64,000 nt of DNA from Candidatus Poriferihabitaceae bacterium (GCA_965249835.1 CBDFMY010000003.1:289602-353601), one strand, 5' to 3'. Counted from the stretch's first letter, positions 10,207-24,850 are shown. Made by a program: numbers and translations. Notes: a model not told the origin generated them from the letters alone.

Positions 10207-12642
10207 ATGGGAAAACCGCTGATCATCGTCGAATCGCCGGCCAAGGCGCGCTCCATGTCGAAATACCTTGGCGACGATTTCACCGCGCTGGCCTCCTACG
10301 GCCACGTCCGCGACCTGTTGCCGAAGCAGGGCGCGGTGTTGCCCGATGAAGATTTCGCGATGCACTATGAGATTATCGAGCGTAGCAAAAAACACGTGGA
10401 TGCCATCGTGCGAGCCATGAAGAAAGCCGATTCGTTGTATCTTGCCACCGACCCGGACCGCGAAGGGGAAGCGATTTCCTGGCATCTGCACGAACTGCTG
10501 AAAGAGCGCAATGCCATCGGCGACAAGCCGGTCTATCGGGTGGAGTTTCACGAAATTACCGCCACCGCCATCCGTCGGGCGGTGGAAAACCCCAGAGAGT
10601 TGTCTACCAATTTGATCGACGCCCAGCAGGCGCGGCGTGCGCTTGACTATCTGGTGGGCTTCAACCTGTCGCCGCTGTTGTGGAAAAAGGTGCGTCGGGG
10701 TTTGTCTGCCGGACGCGTGCAAAGCCCGGCGTTGCGCTTGATTTGCGAGCGCGAAGCGGAGGTCGAAAAATTCATCGCACGGGAATACTGGAGCGTGGAA
10801 GCGGATCTCAGCACCAAAAGCGATGGCAAAGAAGAAGCATTCACCGCCCGCCTGACCCATTTTGAAAACGAAAAACTCGGGCAGTTTTCGATTACCGAAG
10901 AAAAGCGTGCGCAACATGTGGAAACGACGCTGACACAAGCCGCCGACGGCAAACTGGTGGTCGCATCGGTCGAGAAAAAACAGCGCAAGCGCAACCCGGC
11001 GCCGCCGTTCACCACATCCACGCTGCAGCAGGAGGCATCGCGCAAACTGGGATTCAGCGCCCGGCGCACCATGCAAACCGCCCAGCAGTTATACGAAGGC
11101 ATCGACGTGGAAGGCGGCGCCACCGGATTGATTACCTACATGCGCACCGACTCGGTGGCGCTGTCCGGGGAAGCGGTCTCAGAGATTCGCGCGCTCATCA
11201 CCGAGCGTTACGGCGCCGATGCGGTTGCCACTGAGGCGCGAGTTTTCAAAAACAAAACCAAAAACGCTCAGGAAGCGCACGAAGCGGTGCGCCCGACTCT
11301 GGCTACGCGTATTCCGGAGAAACTAAAAAATCATCTGTCCAACGACCAGTTGCGACTGTATGAATTGATCTGGAAGCGCACGGTTGCCTGCCAGATGATT
11401 CACGCCACCATCGACACGGTGTCGGTGGATTTGCACGCCGGCGCATCCACTCCGCCAACCGGTGTGTTTCGCGCCAGCGGCTCCACCATCCGCATTGCCG
11501 GATTTATGGCGGTGTATATTGAGGGGCAGGATGACAAAAAAACCCAGCCGGAAAAGGAGATGATTTTGCCGGCCATGGAGCAAGGCGATGCCGTCGACTT
11601 GAATGAGATTCGTCCGCAGCAGCATTTCACCGAACCGCCGCCGCGCTACAACGAGGCGACTCTGGTGAAAACGCTGGAAGCCTACGGCATCGGACGCCCC
11701 TCCACCTACGCTTCGATTATCAGCACGCTACTCAATCGGGAATATGTGACGCTGGAAAAGCGGCGCTTTGGACCCACCGAAATTGGCAAAATTGTCAGCC
11801 GCTTTCTGTCCGAACATTTCACCGACTACATTGATTACGAATTCACCGCGCGCATGGAAGATTCGCTGGATGAAATTTCGCGCGGCGAAAAAAAGTGGGT
11901 TCCCCTCTTGCGAGAATTCTGGGAGCCGTTCTCGAAACAACTGGAGAAAAAAGAAGAAGGCGTCAGCCGCGAAGAAGTGATTCAGTCACGGCAACTGGGC
12001 GTTGACCCGAAAAGCGGCAAGCCGGTGTCGGTGCGCATGGGGCGCTATGGACCATTTGCGCAAATCGGCACCCGCGAGGATGAGGAAAAACCAACTTTCG
12101 CCAGTTTGTTGTCCGGTCAGAAACTCGACAGCATCAACCTTGAGCAGGCTCTTGAACTTTTCAAACTGCCACGCACGCTGGGCCAGACTGAAGAGGGCGA
12201 GAAGGTGACCGTGGCCATCGGGCGATTCGGGCCATATATAAAATACGACGACAAATACGTCTCCCTCGGAAAAGACAACGACCCCTATACCGTTGACTTG
12301 GCAACCGCGCTCGTGCTGGTCGCCGAGAAAAAGAAACTCGAAGCCAACCGCATCATCCTTGACTTCACCGATGCCGGCATCCGGGTGCTAAACGGTCGCT
12401 ACGGCCCTTACATCACCGATGGCCAAAAGAATATAACGGTGCCCAAAGACATCGAAGATTTGAAAACCCTGACGCTGGAAGATTGCGAGAAATTATTGAA
12501 AGAAGCCAAACCCGGGCGTGGTCGGAAAAAATTCGGTAAGAAACCCGGAGGCAGCAAGAAGAAAGCCGGTAAGAAGAAAACTGACAAGAAAAAAGCCAGT
12601 AAGAATAAAACTGGTAGGAAGAAAACGACGAAATCAAAATAA
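10207..12642 (+). CDS. topA: DNA topoisomerase I
   Basis: It has the Toprim start MGKPLIIVESPAKA and the active-site Tyr region GLITYMRTDS. Cys-less C-terminal repeats (GRYGPF/GRFGPY/GRYGPY) and a Lys-rich tail follow. ATG 10207 is preferred over the TTG at 10186, which has no SD. Confidence 0.93.
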   Translation: MGKPLIIVESPAKARSMSKYLGDDFTALASYGHVRDLLPKQGAVLPDEDFAMHYEIIERSKKHVDAIVRAMKKADSLYLATDPDREGEAISWHLHELLKERNAIGDKPVYRVEFHEITATAIRRAVENPRELSTNLIDAQQARRALDYLVGFNLSPLLWKKVRRGLSAGRVQSPALRLICEREAEVEKFIAREYWSVEADLSTKSDGKEEAFTARLTHFENEKLGQFSITEEKRAQHVETTLTQAADGKLVVASVEKKQRKRNPAPPFTTSTLQQEASRKLGFSARRTMQTAQQLYEGIDVEGGATGLITYMRTDSVALSGEAVSEIRALITERYGADAVATEARVFKNKTKNAQEAHEAVRPTLATRIPEKLKNHLSNDQLRLYELIWKRTVACQMIHATIDTVSVDLHAGASTPPTGVFRASGSTIRIAGFMAVYIEGQDDKKTQPEKEMILPAMEQGDAVDLNEIRPQQHFTEPPPRYNEATLVKTLEAYGIGRPSTYASIISTLLNREYVTLEKRRFGPTEIGKIVSRFLSEHFTDYIDYEFTARMEDSLDEISRGEKKWVPLLREFWEPFSKQLEKKEEGVSREEVIQSRQLGVDPKSGKPVSVRMGRYGPFAQIGTREDEEKPTFASLLSGQKLDSINLEQALELFKLPRTLGQTEEGEKVTVAIGRFGPYIKYDDKYVSLGKDNDPYTVDLATALVLVAEKKKLEANRIILDFTDAGIRVLNGRYGPYITDGQKNITVPKDIEDLKTLTLEDCEKLLKEAKPGRGRKKFGKKPGGSKKKAGKKKTDKKKASKNKTGRKKTTKSK

Positions 12643-12650
12643 CTTTGTCG

Positions 12651-12758
12651 TTCCCGTATATGCGGGAATCCAGTTATCGCCAAGGACGGTTCGGCGGATT
12701 AGGACGCGAGGGCCGAACAACATGCTTCCTGTCTCGTCATTCGTGCATAGAACGAATG
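12651..12758. repeat. Two REP-like palindromes in the topA 3' flank
   Basis: TTCCCG-tatatg-CGGGAA (12651-12668) and CATTCGT-gcataga-ACGAATG (12738-12758). Neither is followed by a U-tract. Confidence 0.5.
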
Positions 12759-12803
12759 CGGAGTAGCCACAATAAATTAAATATCAGTATCGATATCACT
12801 CTA

Positions 12804-15800
12804 TTACAGTCTAATGTTTATTGGGTCGGCGTCTATCTTCCCCGCTTTCCATAAACTAACGGGGTCAAAATATCTTTTTACTACCCCTTTCTTGGATCCA
12901 ACACTGCTGACCAATAGAATGCAATACGCATCACCCCTCCCTTCCGAGTGTAGCTTTTTAGCCCAATTCCATTGCGCACGAGATACTTGAAATAGTTGTG
13001 GAGTCTCACCGATTTTGCTTTTCACCTCATAATAGAGAACTTCTTCGCCATCCTTTTTTATTACAAAATCATAACCTTTACCAACATTCCCTTTTTGATT
13101 CAGCCAATTCACTTCGTGCTCTGGGTGTTTGCATAACAAATATTTGTTTGCAACACGTTCCCCATACATGCCTATCTCTTCACTATCTTTAGAGTTGTCA
13201 GGTTTACTGGTATTTTCCCGCTCTTTTCCACTATCGTTAACTGCATCATTTGTCTCAGAATTTATGTCCTGACCCGATAAATCTTCCTGCCCGTATTCTG
13301 AAAATCCTGTTGTATCTTCAACTATGACTACCTCATCAGGTTCAACTTCCGGCTTCCATTTTGTTTCACCCTTACCCTTTTCAGTGTCCCGCATTTGTTT
13401 CCATTGTTTAAACTCTGCGTAACTCTCTTCGTCCACTACCTTTAGTTCTGGGTGATTTTTCTCGAATTCAGCAATTTCATCCAACTTTAACTCTAATGAT
13501 TTAACTAATTCTAAAACTTTTCCATCTTCTTTTTGATAGTCATCGTGCAAATCATCAAGTGCTATTCCATTCATTGGAGAATCTATTAATTTGCTGTCCT
13601 TGCCATACAGCCACCGCCTTGCCTGTAACGCATTCATTGCCTTTGATGTCTGTCTATTCCCTTTGTTGTATTGGTAGTTTTGGTTTGTTTTCGTCTCTAC
13701 ATAGCCCTTCAACTTGTTGGGGTAATCAAGCAACTCTGACCACAATATTATAGATTTCTTGGCTGTTATGTTTTCCAAACAAAACCCCATGCCATATATG
13801 TAAAACTCTGGATTAAACCCATTAACACTTCTTTTATGCCAACCATGGCCATCGACTTTAATGTCGCTAATGCCAAACTTTTTTAACTTAGATCGAATGC
13901 CCAAACGCTCCAGAAACTCTCTACTGTTTTTTATTGACCCGACATCATCATCTATGAAATAAATCCCATCATCTATATTGTTTCCTTCATACCATGCTAA
14001 CAATCTGTCTGTACGAAAATACACATTGTTTGGTTGCTGAAAACAAATTTCTTGATTTTTATTTGCGCATTTTATAAATCCCACAGCTTTCAATAAATCA
14101 ATAATTTGCGCTTTTTTATACTCATCACCTTGCAACCAAATTTTCAATGCCTTGCTGAAGTCGTGCATGTAATCATCGTTGCCAACTTGAATGACATCGT
14201 TTTGATATTTGGGAACAATAAACTCTTTAATCTCGGCAATATCATCTGGCTCACCAAGCCCAAGTCTCGTTAGAAATAATCGTGCATTCTCGTTTTCGGA
14301 AATGGATCTCTTTACCGTTTTGAAATCTGATGCTCTTTCTGATGGAATATAAACTTGCGGTTCATCAGAATCATTGTATGGACATACATGTAAGTCATCT
14401 TCCAACCGAATGATTGGGCGTCTTCGTAAAACCCCGCTTTCTTGATAATAGGATTTAGCTCTATATAACGCTTCATTATTGATTATGCGTGAATAAAATT
14501 TGACTATCCATTCGTCATTCTTGGAATCCATAAAATTCTTTGTTATTTGATGGCAGAAATGCTCCACAGTAATTTCAGGAATGCCCAATACTGATATTAA
14601 ATAATTTTTTAATTCTTGTTGCGTATCGGATGTTATCGCTGTATTTAACCAATCTTTTTTTTGAAATAAATTTTTACAATCAGAACTATCCAACAACCCC
14701 GGTAGCGATTTATCTCTCGCCAGCAAAACATCTTTAGCGCACACATACTGATTATCCGAAGCTGGCAATAGACAATTGGTTTCCAATTCCTCCTTAACTT
14801 TTTCGAATGTTGCACGATATAATGGATGTTCATATTCCGAATCAATTGGTAACAAAGATAAAAAATCAACAGTTAGCAAATTTTTTTCTTTAATTAGTCG
14901 AATGCTTTCCGTAATCAGCGTTGATAGTTCATTCGTAATGATTTCGTTTTGATGGCCCTCCAAGGGAATCATTTCGCGGTTTGGTGTGGTCTTGTACGGT
15001 GCGTGAGCCAAAAACTTTAATCTTGGTTGTTCTTTTGTTGGAAAAAATACAAATAATTTTGGATCATGCGCTGCAACAACCGCACCACCATCAGCATTTA
15101 ATTGATACGCAACTGCTATGTTGTATTTGGTGTTGTCTATTTCTATGGGTTTTTTAAATACAAAATAATATTTCTCGTTAGTCCGCTCATTGACTCGTGA
15201 GAATATGCACGATTTATCTCCATTAATTTCCGCACGATAGATGCCTTTTTCAGTTTCCGTATTCCATTGAACATCGCGGATGTTTTTTAAAAATAATAGT
15301 GATTCTGATTCTAATTCTTGCAGACGTTTAGATGTTTCTTTGTAGGTCTCTTTCGGTGATAAGCCAGACCGATTAAATGGAATGTCTATGACCGTGCAAT
15401 TTTCTTTAGCATTTTTAGGATCAACTTCCTCTGGAACAATAAAGTCAACAATACGAAAATTATATCTTCCAGAATAAATGTGTGGCGCTTTCGTTATTGC
15501 AAAAACAGATTTAAACCCTGCTCCAAAAGTACCAATTGCATTAACATCATCCTTTTTTGTTGATGCATTTATGCCTGTTATTGAATCAACGTCATCAAAA
15601 TCAAATAATTTTTTACCGTTGTGCTGAAACTCTAATGATTTGTAGCGCAAGTTAAATGTAACCTTTGATGCCCCCGCATCATCCGCATTTTGCAAAAGTT
15701 CATAGACAAAATGCGATGGGTCAGAATACATCCCCGCAATTATGGCGAGAGAATTGTCGTTATTCGCTCTACACGACTCAACATGAGCCTGTCTTTTTTT

Positions 15801-15833
15801 TGTTAATTCTTTCAACTTTTTCATGTTTCTCAC
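12804..15833 (-). CDS. 1,009-aa GHKL-type ATPase (sacsin / NO VEIN-like N-terminus) with a C-terminal PD-(D/E)xK, DUF3883-like module
   Basis: N-terminal motifs are FVYELLQNADDAGA (Bergerat N box), FQHNGKKLFDFDDV and IGTFGAGFKSVF. The last ~125 aa carry GKGYDFVIKKDGEEVLYYEVKSK (D...ExK). The gene is strongly AT-rich relative to both flanks. Confidence 0.8.
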   Translation of the reverse strand: MRNMKKLKELTKKRQAHVESCRANNDNSLAIIAGMYSDPSHFVYELLQNADDAGASKVTFNLRYKSLEFQHNGKKLFDFDDVDSITGINASTKKDDVNAIGTFGAGFKSVFAITKAPHIYSGRYNFRIVDFIVPEEVDPKNAKENCTVIDIPFNRSGLSPKETYKETSKRLQELESESLLFLKNIRDVQWNTETEKGIYRAEINGDKSCIFSRVNERTNEKYYFVFKKPIEIDNTKYNIAVAYQLNADGGAVVAAHDPKLFVFFPTKEQPRLKFLAHAPYKTTPNREMIPLEGHQNEIITNELSTLITESIRLIKEKNLLTVDFLSLLPIDSEYEHPLYRATFEKVKEELETNCLLPASDNQYVCAKDVLLARDKSLPGLLDSSDCKNLFQKKDWLNTAITSDTQQELKNYLISVLGIPEITVEHFCHQITKNFMDSKNDEWIVKFYSRIINNEALYRAKSYYQESGVLRRRPIIRLEDDLHVCPYNDSDEPQVYIPSERASDFKTVKRSISENENARLFLTRLGLGEPDDIAEIKEFIVPKYQNDVIQVGNDDYMHDFSKALKIWLQGDEYKKAQIIDLLKAVGFIKCANKNQEICFQQPNNVYFRTDRLLAWYEGNNIDDGIYFIDDDVGSIKNSREFLERLGIRSKLKKFGISDIKVDGHGWHKRSVNGFNPEFYIYGMGFCLENITAKKSIILWSELLDYPNKLKGYVETKTNQNYQYNKGNRQTSKAMNALQARRWLYGKDSKLIDSPMNGIALDDLHDDYQKEDGKVLELVKSLELKLDEIAEFEKNHPELKVVDEESYAEFKQWKQMRDTEKGKGETKWKPEVEPDEVVIVEDTTGFSEYGQEDLSGQDINSETNDAVNDSGKERENTSKPDNSKDSEEIGMYGERVANKYLLCKHPEHEVNWLNQKGNVGKGYDFVIKKDGEEVLYYEVKSKIGETPQLFQVSRAQWNWAKKLHSEGRGDAYCILLVSSVGSKKGVVKRYFDPVSLWKAGKIDADPINIRL

Positions 15834-15900
15834 TATCTTTGTTTATTGCCAATGGCGAATCGGACGGGGATGATTTCTTTTGAGACGCCAAAAGCAAATG

Positions 15901-15982
15901 AGAAGAAAAAGTCCGGCATAGCCGGACTCTTAGTATCGTCACGCGAAGCGTGATACTAAAACGGCGTTGCCGCGGCAACGCC
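15901..15982 (-). terminator. rpoC terminator region: three consecutive hairpins, the last with a U-tract
   Basis: Read on the minus strand, the first is the 20-bp perfect palindrome GGCGTTGCCGCGGCAACGCC (15963-15982). The second is GTATCACGC-TTC-GCGTGACGATAC (15933-15956). The third is AGTCCGGC-TAT-GCCGGACT followed by TTTTTCTTCT (15901-15928). Confidence 0.65.
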
Positions 15983-16035
15983 ACCATCGCTTACACCGCA
16001 TCAATCCTTACACACCGGGCCTTACACACCAATCC

Positions 16036-19000
16036 TTACTCCGCAGTCACCACGCTTTGGGATTCATCGGGAGATTTAATCTCCGCGGGGATTGTGGCGG
16101 CGGTGTCAGCGGAGTTGTCGTCGGGCGTTTCCGGGTCGGCGGATTCATCGTCCGCGGCGTTCAACAACCCTTCCAGTTCCTGATCTTTTTGTAAACTCTC
16201 GAGGCGGTTGCGTTTTCGCTCATCGTGAAACGCCAGTCCGGTGCCGGCCGGAATGAGACGCCCAACGATGACATTTTCCTTGAGACCGCGCAAGGTGTCG
16301 ATCTTGCCGTTGACCGAAGCATCGGTCAGCACTCGCGTGGTTTCCTGAAAAGACGCGGCGGAGATGAATGACTCGGTGGTCAACGAGGCTTTGGTGATGC
16401 CGAGCAACACCGGATCAAACTTCGCCGGATTTTTGCCCTGCGCGATCAGTTGGTCGTTTTCATCCAACAACCGCGACTTCTCCGCTTGCTCGCCGAGCAG
16501 GTAGTTGCTGTCACCCACTTCGGTCACTTTCACCTTGCGCAACATTTGTCGCACGATGACCTCGATGTGTTTGTCGTTAATCTTGACGCCTTGCAGTTGA
16601 TAGACGTCCTGAACTTCGTTGACGATGTAGTCGGCCAGTTCTTCGACTCCGCGATATTCGAGAATGTCGGAAGCCAGCGGCGAACCGTCCGCAACCACTT
16701 CGCCGCGCTTCACGGTCTGCCCTTCAAAAACGATAATCTGGCGGGTTTTGGGAATCAGCACGCTGGTGTTGGTGCCGTCCTCGCCGGTAATCATGAAGCG
16801 ATGCTTGCTCTTGGTTTCCTTGCCGAACGAAACCACGCCGGAGGCCTGCGCGAGAATTTCCGGTTCTTTTGGTTTGCGCGCTTCGAACAACTCGATCACG
16901 CGCGGCATACCGCCGGTGATGTCGCGGGCTTTTGACGACTCCTGGTGAACGCGTGCAAGGATGTCGCCACTTTGTACGTTCTGACCGTTGCGCAATTCAA
17001 TAATCGATTCCGGTGGCAGCGGGTAGCGGTCCAAATCGGTGCCGGGGATTTTCACCGGATTGCCCTCTTCGTCTTCAATCACGACCGCCGGCTTCATCAT
17101 CTGCGCACTACCGCGCAAACTCTGCGCATCGAGCACCTTAAAAGTTCTGCGGCCAGTCAGTTCGTCGGTCTGGGTTATTACATTCGCGCGCTCGCGGGTG
17201 TCGGCGAACACGAATTGATCGGCGACTTCGGTTACGCTGCCGTCGCGTTCTTTTGCCGGCTTGTTCATCTCTTTGGTTATTCTTTCATTCTCGTCATCGT
17301 CCACGCCGGTGAACACGATGTCGGTGAGCACGACCTTGCCGGACACCTCGGCGATGATTGGATTGGTATGCGGATCCCATCTGGCAACGATGTCGCCAAT
17401 CTCCACTTTGTCGCCATCTTTCACTAGCAGCATCGCGCCGCGTTGTAGCGAATGGCGTTCGCGGTCGCGACCGTTTGCATCGCGCACGATGAGTTCGTCG
17501 TTGCTGCTCAGCACCACATCCTGACTGTCGCTGTTTTTCACCAACTTGCCGACCTTGAGATGCACGGTGCCTTCGTTCTTGACCTCAATCTGCCCGACCC
17601 GCGCTTCGGAAGCGGCGCCGCCGATGTGAAAGGTGCGCAAGGTCAATTGCGTTCCCGGCTCGCCGATGGATTGCGCCGCGATGACGCCCACCGCCTCGCC
17701 GATGTTGATGACATGCCCGCGCCCGAGGTCGCGCCCGTAGCACTTGGCGCACACCCCGAAGCGGGTCTCGCAGGTAACCGCCGAGCGCACGGTTACTTCG
17801 TGGATATTGGCTTCCTCGACCACTTCCACCAACTGCTCGTCGAGCATTTGATCGCGAGAAATCAGCATCTTGCCGGTTGCCGGGTCGTGAATGTCCTCGG
17901 TGCTGAAACGACCGAGCAAGCGATCCTTCAAGGGAACCACCACCACGCCACCTTGCATCTGGGCTTCGCGTCGAAGTCCCTGGTTGGTGCCGCAATCTTC
18001 TTCGGTCGCCACCAGATTCTGGCAGACATCCACCAGACGGCGCGTCATGTAACCGGAGTTGGCGGTTTTCAGCGCGGTGTCGGTCAGCCCTTTGCGCGCA
18101 CCGTGGGTGGAGATGAAGTATTGCAATACATTCAGCCCTTCGCGGAAGTTCGCGGTAATCGGCGTTTCGATAATTGAGCCATCGGGTTTCGCCATCAAGC
18201 CGCGCATGCCCGCCAACTGCCGCAGTTGGGCGTGCGAGCCGCGCGCGCCGGAATCCGCCATCATGTAAATGGAGTTAAACGATTCCTGCTGGCCGAGTTT
18301 CCCGTCGCCGGTTACCACCGGCTCGGTGCCGAGTTCGCCCAGCATGGACTGCGCCACTTGCTCGCTGGTGCGCGACCAGATGTCGATTACTTTGTTATAC
18401 CGCTCGCCGTCAGTCAGCAAGCCGTTTTTATACTGGTCGAGAATTTCCTTCTCTTCTTTTTTTGCAGATTCGAGAATTTGCGCTTTGTCTCGCGGAATCA
18501 CCATGTCGTCCACGCCGATGGAAATGCCGGACATCGCCGCTACGCGAAAGCCGGTATACATCAACTGGTCTGCAAAAATCACGGTCTCCTTAAGCCCTTG
18601 CTGGCGATAGGATGTGTTGATGAGATCGGAGATGGTTTTCTTTTTCATTGTCCGGTCGATCAGCGAGAAGTCCAATCGTGGCGGCAGAATTTCCGACAGC
18701 AATGCACGCCCGACCGTGGTCTTCACCAATCGCGTCTCGCCGGTGGGATTACCGTGTTCATCTTTAATCGGCATTCGCACTTTGATTCTTGCGTGCAGGT
18801 GCGCTTCACCATTTTCATGGGCGCGTCGTACTTCATTGATATCGGCAAAATATTTCCGAACTTCATCAGCATCAACACCGCTGTGATGTTTTTCATGTTT
18901 AATGTTGCCTGCAATATCGATGCTGTTGCTCTCGCGCGTCATGTAATACAACCCAAGCACGATATCCTGAGACGGCACGATGATGGGCTCGCCGTTGGCC

Positions 19001-20474
19001 GGCGACAGAATGTTGTTGGTGGACATCATCAGCGAGCGCGCTTCGAGTTGCGCTTCGATGGACATCGGCACATGCACCGCCATCTGGTCACCGTCAAAGT
19101 CGGCGTTGTAGGGCGTGCACACCAGCGGATGCAATTGAATCGCCTTGCCCTCAATCAGCACCGGCTCGAATGCCTGAATGCCGAGGCGGTGCAGGGTCGG
19201 CGCGCGGTTCAGCATAACCGGATGCTCGCGAATCACATCTTCGAGAATGTCCCACACTTCCGGGCTTTCCATCTCCACCATTTTTTTGGATTGCTTGATG
19301 GTGGTGGAAAGACCTTGCAGTTCAAGCCTGCTGAAAATAAACGGCTTGAATAATTCCAGTGCCATCTTCTTGGGCAAGCCGCACTGATGCAACCGCAGGG
19401 TTGGCCCTACGACGATTACCGAGCGACCGGAATAATCCACGCGCTTGCCCAGCAGGTTTTGCCGGAAGCGCCCCTGCTTGCCCTTGATCATGTCGGAAAT
19501 GGATTTCAACTGACGCTTGTTGGCGCCGGTGATTGCCTTGCCGCGCCGACCATTGTCGAGCAGCGCGTCCACCGATTCCTGCAACATGCGTTTTTCGTTG
19601 CGCACGATGAGGTCCGGGGCATTCAAATCCAGCAGCCGCTTCAGGCGATTGTTGCGGTTGATGACCCGACGATACAAATCGTTCAAATCCGAGGTGGCGA
19701 AACGCCCGCCGTCCAGCGGCACCAGCGGCCGCAAATCCGGCGGCAACACCGGTAGCACGGTCATAATCATCCAACTCGGTTTGTTGCCGGAGTCGATGAA
19801 CGCCTGAATCAGTTTCAGTCGGCTGGTGAATTTTTTGAGTTTGGTTTCGGACTTGGTGTTTTTCATTTCCTCACGCAAATTCATCGCCTCTTCCTTCAGG
19901 TCGACCTCGCCCATCAATGCGGAGATGGCTTCGGCGCCCATGCGTGCTTTGAATTCATCGCCGTAGGTTTCAATAGCTTCGAGATAGGCTTCTTCGGTCA
20001 GCAACTTGCCGCGTTCAAAGTCGGTAAGGCCCGGATCGATGACTACATATGCCTCAAAATATAACACCCGCTCCAGCTCGCGCACGGTCATGTCGAGTAG
20101 CAATCCGAGCCGCGATGGCAGCGACTTCAAGAACCAGATGTGAGCGCACGGCGCCGCCAGATCAATATGCCCCATGCGGTCGCGGCGCACACTGGACTGC
20201 GTGACTTCGACGCCGCATTTTTCGCAGATTACGCCGCGATGCTTGAGCCGTTTGTATTTTCCGCACAAACATTCGTAATCGCTCACCGGGCCAAACAGTT
20301 TGGCGCAGAACAATCCATCGCGCTCCGGTTTGAAGGTGCGGTAGTTGATGGTTTCCGGTTTCTTGACTTCGCCGTAGGACCAGGAACGAATTTTTTCCGG
20401 CGCGGCAATGCTAACGCGAATGAAGTCGAAATCCTCAACCGTATCGCTTTGCTTGAACAGATTGAAAATGTCTC

Positions 20475-20478
<4 letters not shown>
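16036..20478 (-). CDS. rpoC: DNA-directed RNA polymerase subunit beta'
   Basis: 1,480 aa, with the zinc motif [25 protein letters not shown] and catalytic [12 protein letters not shown]. It carries an acidic C-terminal tail. Confidence 0.98.
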
Positions 20479-24605
<4,127 letters not shown>

Positions 24606-24683
24606 TTAAGTTGCCCTCATTTAATCGGACCGCAGCACCGCACTTATCCCCACACCGAGCCGTTGGGCACCGCATGGGGCGTA

Positions 24684-24826
24684 ATTTGTCATGGCTCCGA
24701 GAACACCGAAGCCATGACAAATCAGCCGGTCACTTTCAGTTGTGTCCCAGTTATGTCGGCGACCATCAGTTCGGTCGACGACCCCGTCCGGCGGGTGAAT
24801 TGGCAGCGCAGCCGACCCGGCTGCGC
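24684..24826 (-). promoter_or_regulatory. rplL-rpoB intergenic hairpins (candidate attenuator / RNase III processing structures)
   Basis: There is a perfect 13-bp stem ATTTGTCATGGCT / AGCCATGACAAAT (24684-24722, 13-nt loop). There is also a 9-bp stem GCGCAGCCG / CGGCTGCGC (24806-26, 3-nt loop). Neither has a U-tract. Confidence 0.4.
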
Positions 24827-24850
24827 CGCAATATTCAAACCGCAAACTCA

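Noticed and set aside
9694-11076. 460-aa minus-strand ORF
   Set aside because: It is entirely antisense to smg/topA. Its Arg/Gly/Phe-rich composition is typical of shadow frames in G+C-rich genes, and it carries no motifs.
12786-15942. Target-site-like direct repeats flanking the first islet (AGTATCG...TCAC at 12786-12799 and 15932-15942)
   Set aside because: The match is only 7 contiguous nt plus 4, which is compatible with chance. No integrase or tRNA target supports it.
17452-19353. Plus-strand ORFs of 241 and 375 aa
   Set aside because: They are antisense shadows of rpoC.
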